Part shown: positions 49,001 to 59,822 of the stretch, piece after piece
Position numbering within the stretch: position 1 is the first letter of the stretch
Layout: each line of letters begins with the position of its first letter
NCBI GenBank assembly: GCA_976226885.1
Contig: OZ320315.1
Location: 97,216,001 to 97,280,000 of the forward strand
DNA from: Iphione sp. A-MEVVRFRX5
Lineage: Eukaryota
Direction: 5' to 3'
DNA: 64,000 nt
Notes under the pieces: generated by a model
The model's database searches: none
Told to the model about the DNA's origin: nothing
What the model saw: the letters and a program-made list of their open reading frames with translations, nothing else
Made by a program: the position numbers and the translations under genes

Positions 49001-49330
49001 AGAGAATCATCTTGTGGTTTTACTACGTCACCAGTAATTTCTTTGCCACTGGCACCGCTTTGTTTTGGCCGCTGTTTATTCACACATTGTTTTGTTTCCT
49101 TTGTTTCCGTTCTCTTCTTTGCCATTATCGTTGTTGATCCAGACATTGGATCCTCTCAGCCTCTTCTTTGAAGCGTTTTATCACTATAGCGGACAAACCT
49201 GACAAAGATACCTCTGACTCCATCTTTGTTCTGCCTGTTTGTACGGTATGCATAATCAATGTCCCCCAACCCCAGCTTGACTCCAATCTTCCTGAAAAAA
49301 GTGATTATGACAGACTTAGCACATGAATCC
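46090..49330 (-). mobile_element. LINE with ORF1-NADAR joined to the ORF2 linker/RT (hydrolase and APE absent) and a (TTCTA)n tail
   Basis: RT 46653..47744: QHGFCKGRGT, DLTAAFD, GVPQGSHLGP, YADD. AATAAA plus (TTCTA)x4 at 46091-46121. Confidence 0.85.
48343..49320 (-). pseudogene. LINE ORF1 remnant: RRM end, long acidic linker, NADAR
   Basis: DIDYAYRTN...IFVRFVRYSDK, then in another frame KKRLRGSNVWINND. NADAR: IRSVMHAYSWEKA, TWEDSMDEVMLSLAREKL, LQSSG, KDEYWSTG. Confidence 0.8.
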
Positions 49331-50575
49331 CTGGCCAATATTCTGACAATTGCGTTGGCTATCCTCTGCATATGATTTGCCGAGCATCTTAACCCAAATG
49401 GATGGTGGTATCAAATAATATCGACCACCCCACCTGAAACCCAAGAGCGGCCAGTCGAGAGGACAGGTCCTGAAGTTCCTATAAGCAGGCACAATGTCCA
49501 ATGCGGCCTTATGGGGACCCGACCCATTTGTCTGATTAGATGGAGGAGTGCCTACATAGTTTAGAGAGTTCAGGACCATATTTTTCCCAATGTATGCATT
49601 GAGGGATTTGTTTTCTGGGTAGGACATGTCTAATATGACCCTGTGTTTGTCTGAGTCTCGCTTTGGGCAGCTCATTAACGGTGACGTGCGTGAAGGGTAC
49701 AGTGTCCCTCGTGCTACTTCTTTCTTTATGTATCTGTCTATATCATAACTTTCCAAATATTTTTTGTACGGGATCAAGAGTAGGTAAGAACGGTCTTTGT
49801 AAGGTCAGGGATATGGGAAAAATACAATCGTTGCTGTGCGGGAAGATTGGAATTCAGTAGAAAAACGGTCGTAGTGTCGTCGTAGAGCATCGTAGAGGGT
49901 TGAGAGTCGGTGCAAGCTAGTCAGTGCTAGTCGGTCGAAAATCAGTCGTAAATCTGTCGTACGGGATCAAGAGTCAGTAAGAATGGTCTCCGTAAGGTCA
50001 GGGATACGGGAAAAATACTGTTGGAGCGGTTTGCAGAGTTTCAGTTATGGTAGAAAAATGGTCATACCATCATCGTAGGAGGTTGGGAGTAGGTGGAAAA
50101 CGTTAGGGGCCGGGTGGGGGATACGGGAAAAGTCTAATCTCAAAAAGTCAAATCTGGTCCTGTCAGGGTGAGAAAGTTCGGTCAGAAATCGTCAGGAGTC
50201 GTTGTTTTTGGTCTGGGGAGTGTATAGCTATGGAGAACCCAAGCTTCACCCCCAGCCTCCTCTGGGAAATCTGCCCCTGTTTCTGTATCTGTTGGCATAA
50301 CCCCTCACAGGGAATTGAGATTGGCCTCTCCCAAAAGACGACGGGCGCCTTGCACGATCTGCCCTGTGAATAAGCCGTGTCATGTTTTCAGATGACTTCA
50401 TCGATGTTTAATGAGTCACCAAAAAGCAAATCAGAAGATGCAGGGCAGTCTGGAGAAGTCAAACGCTTATGTTCAGGCGCCAAATGTGGCTTGATATCAT
50501 CACGCCTCATTTTAATCAAATGGGCATCGACCAGAGTGTTGCAACTTCTTGGTTACTTCTTACTCAAACCTGAGT
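49330..50575 (-). mobile_element. DIRS-order fragment (gag C-terminus plus deleted RT)
   Basis: Gag-like RRDDIKPHLAPEHKRL...SDLLFGD followed by an RG-rich tail. RT: PLMSCPKRDSDKHRVILDMSYP, DIVPAYRNFRTCPLDWPLLG, MQRIANAIV. A ~193-bp internal duplication starts at 49766 and 49959. Confidence 0.85.
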
Positions 50576-50793
50576 AAGTTTTGCATACCATAAGTTTTCT
50601 TTAGTTTCATTTCCAAATCCATGGTCATGTCTAGATGTCTATCAATAACAAACAAACAATAACAATAACCCAGATATTTGAGCCAGTTAACTTGTTCAAC
50701 GTCATGACCGTTCATACTTAGGTTTTATGTTCATACTTAGAACTTGTACCCCTTATGCAGGCTTCTTACTGTAGAAAATATTAGACTGACTGA

Positions 50794-51720
50794 TTTTTTT
50801 TTTGATTCACTAAAATATCATGAATTTAACACCGTTCATTTAGGATTTGAAGATCTTGTTGTAATCTACGTCCTATAGATACTGGGTCTTTATCTTTAGT
50901 AAAAAGGACAGTTTGGTCCGCATACATTATACATTCTGATTCTTTGTAGTGTTTGATACTGTCATTGATAAATAAATTGAGCATCATTGGACCAAGTATA
51001 CTTCCTTGGGGCATCCCGATCTTCAGTGGCAGTTTTTCAGAAAAGTGACCATTAGCCTTGGTTTTAATACTTCTATGTGATAAATAATGTATTAATTAAA
51101 CATGTAACAAAAATTGGCTTTTCCAAAATAGTTCCCTAGTTAATATCCTATGATTCATTGTGTCGAAAGCTTTACTAAATTTCATAAAAACTGCCCCCAC
51201 CAATTCCCCATTGTTTAAAGCTTGATGTATATATGTCAAGAGATCAGTAACTGCTGTTAATGTATATTTCCCTTTTTGGAACCCATACTGTTTATTAGAT
51301 CAGGTTTTTAAGCCTTATATAGTCATTCATCTGGCTGAACACTATTGATTCCAATTTTTTTTAAGGTCATTGGCAGAATTGAGATGGGTCTGTAATTGGT
51401 TGGCTCATCTTTACGACCCTCGCCTTTGTATATTGGTGTAATCGTGGCCTCTGTCTACGATACTGCAACTACCTGTTTCTCTAAACTGTTATTTATCATG
51501 CCACAGTGAATTGACTTATTGATACTGATGTTTGAAGAGAGGTACATTACATGAAGCCTGGATGAATGAGCCGATCTCAGCTGTGAAAGAAATGGGTAGT
51601 TCAGACATATTTTTTCTAATTGTTACATCATGGTCAAAATCAACCAATCGAATCTTTTAAAATTGAGACATGTCGCAATTTTGTAAAAATGACGTCTGCA
51701 CTACCCGTTTCTTTCACCGC
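50794..51720 (-). mobile_element. LINE RT internal fragment (heavily decayed)
   Basis: PQGSILGP and IMYADQ; upstream remnants of RPISILP, YGF and KAFD; T10 run at 50794-50803. Confidence 0.8.
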
Positions 51721-51980
51721 TGGAGATCGGTCTATTGGTCTCCTGGTGCTTGTCCTGACCAAGACACCGGGAGGTAGCGGGGGTCGGGATGAAGCTGCTG
51801 AACTGGCTGGAAGGAGGTCCAGGTAAGATCTTGTGGTGTTTGGTGTACAAGCTGCTGTGCCAGCTGCCCCATCACAGCAGTGAGTCCCTGGAGGTCATTG
51901 GCCTGGCTGGCAGGTTGGAGCCGACACAACCAACCCAGACTGCTGTTGCATCATACCTTGTTGGACCAGATGTAGCTTGG

Positions 51981-53970
51981 ATTCAGTTTAATTCAATTAT
52001 TTTATTGAGTGTGCTTTCGAACATGCACTCAAGAAGAAAATGATCATAACGTGTACTGCCATACAATCATAACACGTTCAAACACATCCAAATACTCTTA
52101 CTAATATGATCTCCATGTGCTATACCTCTCCAACATCTGCCTTCAAGCCACCACGGTCTTTAATCCACAACCTCCGACCTTAGGCGACTATCAGGTTCTG
52201 ACTTAACCTTCGTTTAACCTCACACTTAAACGCTTTTTTAGGTAATCTCCTGGTACACAAAGGTAGCTTATTCCACATCTGTAGCCCTATGTACTGGAAG
52301 CTCTTGATGTATTTCTCACACCTAGGATGCTTGATTACCAGTTCTTCATTCCTTGACGCCCTAGTTCCTCGGGCATGATTTTTTTCTGAAACAGTTCAAA
52401 TGATACATAGATTAAAAGGAGTCCAAAGTACTGCATTTTTCCATCAGTACTCATCATTCCTTTACTACCCATCCAGTCCACCACCATCCTCCTAGCCATT
52501 GTCCAGTTTAAGAAGCATTGTTAGAGTCCACATATGCCCTTTCCAACTTCCTCAGTAGTACTAATGTCACCCCTAGCGAAATTTCCAAGCCACGATCTAA
52601 CATTGACAAAACAAAAGCACCCCTTTAAGCCTAGACATCAAGTAACTTTTACTCCTTATAATTTTAATTTTTTGTTCAAACATGCATCGAAAGCTCAACT
52701 TATCATCAATCCAGTAGCCCAAATAGTTAAATGTGTGAACCTTCTCAATTGCTACCCCATCCAATCTCAAGTCTAAATTGTGTTAAGTACCATGCCATTT
52801 TTCTTACACCAGACAGATATTGGTCTTAGAGTATATTGCATTTTTAGATGTAGTGCCCAGGCACTACATCCCCAGGTGTACACGGTGATGTCATCTGCAT
52901 ATACTACTAGCCTTGTTGGAATAGGCAGACTACTCACATCATTTATAAACATGGAGAATTACCAGGGCCCGAATATGGAGCCTTGGGGTACTCCCATGTT
53001 CACTGTCCTGTACTCTGATGAGTTTCCATTTTGTGATCTGTTTTCCAGATAGTTGGAAAACCATACCTGTACCACTCCTTTAAACCCACAATTTTCCAAT
53101 TTCCTTAATATCAGACTGTGAGATACTAGATCAAAGGCTTTGCTCAGGTCAAGGTACACTGTGGCCGAATAACGAGATTTGTTGATGTCGTTTAATGCCT
53201 CCTGAAAGAGACTGGCACACGCTTGAGCACAAATTCCGCCTTTTCTGAAACCGAACTGACTTTCCATCACCAAAGCTTTATTTTCCACAAAGCCAGACAC
53301 CTGGTCAATAATGAACTGTTCCATAATTTTGCCAGGTACGGGTAACAGTGATACAGGCCAGTCATTCTGCATCTCAATTTTGCACACTTCCACTCATTAA
53401 CATATACTCCAGTAGATAGACACTTGTTAACCATCCAAGAGAACACATGCAGCTTTATTTGCAACAAATGTGATTCTCTGCCCTAACTGTTTTGCTAGTC
53501 TGCTTACCGAGGGTTGCTGACAAAGATTCCCATTTGATTTTACAGTCTCTATACTTTTCTTCCCTTCATCCCCAAATATTTCCATCCTTAATGTCTGCCA
53601 TAGCTTCCTCGAGTCTCCTACTGATGCACTTGACCTCTCACTTACCCTCTCACGTCTTAGTTTGATCCCCTGATTCGATCGCTCTCTATAGTATCTATAC
53701 AATCTTGCATCGTCCAGCAACCCATAACGACGATACTTTGTTAAAAAATAAGCCCTCTCTTTTTTCAGTTCTAACAAGGCAGGAGTGTACCACGAAGGTT
53801 TTTTGATCCTATGGTCTATCTCTACAACTAGGGCTATTGTATCCAACGCATGCAGTCCATTGTCAATTAATACTTTCCAAACCTTATCCACCGTCAAGTC
53901 CTCCCCTATGTCTGAGTCCAAATTCGATAGTGCATTTTCATCATTATGACAAACTTACCAACACGTGTAT
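51981..53970 (-). mobile_element. 5'-truncated LINE (linker, RT, 3' tail)
   Basis: PVSLLPVPGKI, QFGFRKGG, DLSKAFD, GVPQGSIFGP, YADD; AATAAA plus a degenerate TTGAA tail at 51981-52006. Confidence 0.85.
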
Positions 53971-53990
53971 GGAGTACATGGACAATTTAT

Positions 53991-56500
53991 TCAATAAACA
54001 TAATACCGATAAAAGAGATACGAGTTGATAACAGTAAATTGCAGGCGGTCATGTATAGTTTTTAAAACAATGTATAGCCATGGTGTGATTTCGTTCTTGA
54101 GGTATACATGGACGGCTGCTGATGTCCAATCCCCCCGCGCCATGATCTGTTGTACTGTCAGGCCACCTGCCACAGCATGTTGGGCCCCTTCCCTATGCAA
54201 ACCATGTATGTTATATTCATGATAAGCCCAGGGAAGCCAGGGCCCCGGCCCATACTGAGCGGGCCCAGGTGATCGGGATCGGCCGGCCAGTACGTGGAAA
54301 GACCAGCAGTGGAGCTAGGGGGGGGGGCCCACAGGAGGTTTTCATCTGATCCCAAAGCTGGCATAGGTTTATAGGCCCAACCTGGATGGGGACTACCAGG
54401 GGGCAAGGACGCCCAAGAGCCTGACGGGTTTTAGACCATTTAACCATTATTCTGAGGCTACCAGGTTGGAAATCCAAATCTCAAATCAGCCAGTACGTAG
54501 AAAGACAAGCAGTGGAGCTAGGGGGGGAACCCACAGGAGGCTTTCATCTGATCCCAAAGCTGGCATAGGTTTATAGGCCCAACCTGGATGGGGACTACCA
54601 GGGGGCAAGGACGCCCAAGGGCCTGACGGGTTTTAGACCATTTAACCATTATTCTGAGGCTACCAGGTTGGAAATCCAAATCTCAAACCTGGAGATGCCT
54701 GAGCGGGTCAAATTGGGTTATCGACGGGGGAAATAAATTAGACTGCCGCAAGAGGGTTTGGAAGAGGAGACCAAAACCAAATTTCAAGGCTGGGCCTGCC
54801 TCTCCAATAATGGCGTGGAGGATCCTGATCAGTAATACGAGTGTGACCAGGAGTGAGGGCCTAGCCGGGGGATGAGGGCCCCTGCGGATCCAACGTAGGG
54901 CATTAGCTAGCAGGCGGGATTCCCAATGGACAACGGATCTCCCCAAGTCCAGGAAATGTGACTTGACAGCACTGATCATGTTCGCCACAGTAGATGGAGC
55001 ATGATCGCGAATACAGTACTCAATAAATGCGCAGAGATGTTCTGGGGTAGGGGGCTTAAAATCAATCAAGAATTTAGAGGAGAAGGTAATATATCTTCTG
55101 ACAGCTGTAAGTCAATTCTTAATGGTTCCCAGCCTAGATGCACTCATCTGTCTGGCCTCAGCAGCAGCCAGTAGGGAGCTATACACTGGATCTGTTCAAA
55201 GATAAGAAGAGTACTCTTGGGCCAAGAGTAATGGAGAGATTCGTCATAGGTTAAGAACAGAGACAAGGGACGCCGCGATATCGACAGCGGACTGGGAAAT
55301 ATGAACACGACTAAAGGCATCCGCTAACTGCATGTTTTCCCCTGGGCAATGGCGGACCGAGATAATTGATTGGTGTTTATGGGCTAGCATCCAGAGACCT
55401 CGGGCGCATGCATTTAAGACCCTGTCCCTACCTCTACCACCATCAAGAAGAGCCACGAGCTCTTACAAGGCAGGAGTCTGCGACGATGATGTACTGAGGC
55501 GGAGGAGGGGCAAGAATGGTCTTGAAGTTGAGAGATGAGCCACGCCAGATCGGCCTTGACCGATGGCGAAACAAAGACAGTGCCTTGTTCGGCCTGTCTG
55601 ATGGCCTCCAGTAGCCTAGCCATGTACAGACGAGCTGGACGAAGAATTTTTGCTAAGTGGTTGACCCGCCCCACTAGGCTCTGCGCCTGTTTAAGCGGCA
55701 TTACATCAGCCTGGAGGGCAGTCCTAAATGAGTGTACATAAGAGTGTACCTTAGAGACAGGGATAGACACCTCCATAGACCAAGAGTCAAAGAATATGCC
55801 CTGCCACGTGGCGACTCGAAATGGAGGCTGCAATTTAGATACAGTGACAGTGAGACCCAGGCTCTGGAGTAGGTCTTGTACATGTTAGAATTTTATACAC
55901 GCACGGGGCGAACAATAAATGCGGCAATCTTTTGCATATACATAGCACTCAACCTAGCCCCGAAGGCAAGCACTTTGTCGAAGTAGTATAGGCCATCAAC
56001 CACTATTCCCAAGAGAGTCCAGTCTAATGGGCAAACGCCGAAGTGCCTATAAGCTCTTTTTAAATCGACAACAGCAATATATGAGGCAGGGGAATGCAGT
56101 AGTGCAGAAATCAAATGTTCAACAGTTGGTAACACGTGAGGATAATATATACAGTGGACGACATTTTTCTGAATATACATGTTCATATTTTGATCTGCAG
56201 GAAAGGACGATAACAGGTTTTGTGCCGTCAGCCTTATCGCGAGTCATCAGGGGGGCTATCACTGTCCATGGGTGGAAAGGAGGGGCTGTGAGTGGCCCCT
56301 CAAGCGCACCGTCCGCCAGTTCAGTTTGTATATATTGCCTCAGTGCCTGAGGATGGCGGGTGGCTGAGGGATGATTATCTGACACTGCTCACTTGCTCAC
56401 TTGCAGAAGGGAGACGACCGGCGCGTGGCGAGCTTACATACCAGTCCAGGGACACGGTTGGTTGCATAATGACCTTGCGTGACTCCAATCGCCACGCGGA
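53991..56500 (-). mobile_element. DIRS-order element: RT, RNase H and tyrosine recombinase, degraded
   Basis: NHPSATRHP, PLMTRDK, DLKRAYRHFGVCPLDWTLLG, LAFGARLS, WQGIFFDSWSMEVSIP, KADLAWL, HCPGENMQLADAFSR. YR: LLRQSNL, WSKT, HGLHREGA...GDWTSAAVHVYL. Confidence 0.92.
54286..54687. repeat. ~200-bp tandem duplication inside the YR gene
   Basis: 54286-54485 and 54489-54687 are near-identical. Confidence 0.92.
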
Positions 56501-56509
56501 CTAATTCTC

Positions 56510-57960
56510 AAATGAGTAACCCCCATAGTCACGTCCTATACCATATGCTCGATCTAGTTTTTGTTCACCCTTCTTTACCACAAAGTAGACTGGAAGATGG
56601 TCACTTGAAGAATTTGTTTATGGTTAGTGTAAATGTGATCCAGACAGAGTCAGGTTATGTTGTCTCATTATGTCTAGACATTCAGTTTTTCCTACTGATC
56701 CCTTTAACCAGTCCACGTTCATGTCTCCCAGTAAGAGTTACAACTTGGTTGTGATATTTGGCTACATATTTGTGCTAAACTACCTCAAACCTTGCCAGAT
56801 AGCTGGTTAGGTTTCCCCCAGGACTTCTATACAGGGCTGTAATATACTGCCGCTTTCTTTTCCTGGCTTCACTCGAAGATAGAGAATGTGACCGTCAATA
56901 TCTTCTGATGTGTAGTCCTCCAGTAGTCTGACTCGACAGGTCACTTCAAACCATACCCAGGCATATTTCTGGACTTCATACTTATTGACGCATCATTACC
57001 AACACTGCTGAAATTAATCAGTTTGTGATGTTACTTCATGTTGTACTTCCTCCATTACCTTTCCCGCTAGGTTGTACCCCGACCTAGTTCCGTCCTGTAG
57101 TTTCCTATCCCACAAAGAATATTCAGTGCCATAAATGTAGTCCTGACTGGCCTCAATCAGTAAGGTGTTGTCCGTACCAAGCAACTACCACTTGTAGTCA
57201 GCACTGCTTTTAGCTTCGCACGAACTCCTTCCTTCAGAATTTCCTCTTGCATTGATTTCCAGTCGTGCAATTTTGTTATTTGGTAAGTTAACCCCCTTTG
57301 CCCTCCTGCCGCTCGATTCCGACTGAATCTCTTCTCTGATGTCGTCCCGTCCATGCAGCCGAGCACACTCTGCAGCGATCCACTGATCTACAGAGTTGTA
57401 GGTGTCCCCTCCCAGCAAGAAGCAAACCGGAGTCTCATTGGATAGAACGCAGTGTGGACCACTAAAAATAGTCGCCTTTCCCACCTGTCATTTTGCCGTG
57501 TCCGCAAGAGAGTCCAGACGATTGAGCCCCCACCAGGTATCAAGTTCGACCTCATTAAAAACACTCCGTTTCTCACATCTTCACCAATAAGCTTTACTAA
57601 TATTGGCCTTGAACCCTTTTTCGCCGTGCCTACTCTAGTTGCTCCCAACAGAGCGTCACTGTAGTAAAACTCATGATTGATCCGTGATAGAGGATCATTC
57701 ACCCTCTCCCAGGTGTCCTCATATTGATGCTACGACTTCGAATATCCAGATTCAGTATCGACCTGTTATACTTGCTGCGTGTTGGTCTGAACGTTGCCGG
57801 TCGTTGTACGCTCTTTCTTGGCTCTCTCTTCCTGAAACATGACAGATCTCTAATATGAGTTTTGAGGTCAGTGAGCTCAGCGAGCTCAGACATGGTCCTC
57901 TCCAGTCTATCCGCGACTTAGGCCTCAGGTTCTTGTTAGGAGCAGGTGTGCCGGTCAATT
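56510..57960 (-). mobile_element. LINE remnant: ORF1 (coiled coil, RRM, NADAR) joined to an internal APE fragment
   Basis: LGATRVG...RPILVKL. NADAR: FSGPHCVLSN, YNSVDQWIAAECA, G.NLAGKVMEEVQHEV near 57040. APE: VKPGKRK...YRSPGGNL, LLGDMNVDW, CLDHIYTN at 56510-56960. Confidence 0.8.
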
Positions 57961-58019
57961 AGCTGACTTCATTCTCCCCGGAATCGCGTGGCTCATCGGA
58001 GCCGTGTAGTCCGGGTTCT

Positions 58020-58530
58020 TCTTAGGTCCCATGTTGACTGCAAAGGATCTGGTCAGCTTGGTCCGGTGGCAAAACGAACGTGATGGCGAATGAAGGAGAT
58101 TGTAGTTGATGTTGACATTTGCGGGTTGGCATATTGGAGAAGCCAGGGCTTTGCCATATGGCAGCCCAATAACATGGTGTGACAGTGTGTGACAGGCCCT
58201 GCAAAGTCACTCACCCCCTCTCGCCAGGGTTTGGGATAACACCCACCGGTGTGCTGCACACGAACTCCACCGACCGAAGTCGGCATGTGGGACCTAAGTC
58301 CCAGAGGGAAGGGAGAGGTCACTCAGCCAGACGCTGACATGAGGATTGGCTGGCTCGATCTAAACTTGTTGTTGCCCACCACAAAAGAGACATTCTCAGG
58401 CCCCCTCCCTGGAACAACGACGGTGGACAATCTGAGAAGTGGCTCAGGCATCTGTGACGATGATTGACAGGTGTCAGTGAGTATGGAGTGGGTGTGTGCT
58501 CAACCAAGCATGACGTCAGAACAGGGTCCA
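58020..58530 (-). mobile_element. Probable DIRS gag fragment (Cys/His-rich C-terminus)
   Basis: Cys/His-spaced segment (CWAAIWQSPGF...CQH) in low-complexity Pro/Gly-rich frames, similar in character to the gag at 17.3-17.8 kb. Confidence 0.4.
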
Positions 58531-58963
58531 AGTCCCGGCTGGCGGAGCCGGTTTAAACCCCTCTCACCCCAGTCTGACCTGGCTACAGTGGCTCAGTGAC
58601 CGCCGGTGCTACTATGACGTCACAATGTAAACCAGGCATGACAGGTGGCCCATATGTCTCTCGTGCCACTCACCCCCTGGCAACAGTGGTTTGCTAAGAC
58701 CACCGGTGGTCCGGTCTACGCAGTAACAATGTATGTGTCCACAGAAATAAAGGTTCCACACCAATATAACTGAGAACTAGCACCTCAAAGGGTTACAGGC
58801 TGGTCATACCAACGGCCCTACTATGTATAAGTTACATTTTAGTTGAGTCCTGCCTACTTTCTCTGCTGAGCACCTACCTCTCAAAGCATGTTCACACAGC
58901 TCCACTCCAGAGGATGTCCTTTGAGCTGCCGGCCATCTTATATATGCAGTGAGACGCCCTCCC

Positions 58964-59230
58964 TCATAATGACGTCGCACTCATGCGTGACCAATTGAAG
59001 TGGCAGCGATCTTCGAGTAACTGATGACGATTTGTATCCTGCCCATTCGCTCTGCAATGAATGATGTTGCCGATGTGGGAGATGAGTCGCCCATGCGACC
59101 TGTTGAACACTCTCACCTCGTTGTTGATGCCGTGCATCGTTTTGTTCAGAGCCCTCTGGATTTCATTTGTGGTTTTCTGGGACAAAGTCTCCATGCAAGT
59201 GACTTGTTATATATATATTTTGTCTGGGCA
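58964..59230 (-). pseudogene. Orphan C-terminal fragment of an SGNH hydrolase
   Basis: IIHCRANGQDTNRHQLLEDRCHF matches ILHSRSNGRDTNRLHKLADGCHL of the 5.1-kb hydrolase. Confidence 0.75.
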
Positions 59231-59377
59231 AAAGAACTCAGAGAAGACAATAAACGTGTTTGGTAAGTGCCTAACAATGTGATTGTAAGTCTCTACCAGC
59301 AGTGACATTCTGAACGAGAAATTGTCTATATGTTCATTAGGAAGTGTGTGTCTTTGAGAATGGCTTGACGGTTTAAT

Positions 59378-59800
59378 CTCAATTCAATTCAGTTCAAAAC
59401 TGTTTGAGAAACACGTAAAATACAAAACTATGTGGGTTTTCAATGGATACTCAGCCATGAAAACAGAGCAAATTTTACTGTGGCTGACTTTTACTACAAT
59501 ACCTCCTTTTTAGGTAACTCTTTATTTCTTGTCTCGACTTATTACTAAGGAATACAGGTAAACTATTCCATTGCTGTTGAATCTGATAAATGAAGCTTTT
59601 CCTATAAAATCACTAATCAGTTTTGCAATTTTCAGTTGGAATTCCAAGCTGCTTCTCGTCTTTGTAGGGTTTCTTATATCACACAGCGACAGATGATAAC
59701 TACAACATATGGTTTTCAATAGTTGATAAACCCCTAACAATTAACCATTTCTCGACATCATGTATCCTCGTCTATTTTGTTAAAACACATCTCTTAATAG
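59378..59800 (-). mobile_element. Short LINE 3'-end fragment with a (TTGAA)n-like tail
   Basis: Decayed ORF2 C-terminus (59522..59740), then CTCAAACAGTTTTGAACTGAATTGAATTGA, resembling the tail at 965-997. Confidence 0.55.
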
Positions 59801-59822
59801 CATTATTCCAGACTCTATGGAG

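Noticed and set aside
51720-51975. Gln/Pro-rich segment as a gag or host exon
   Set aside because: No recognisable motif and too short to support a call.
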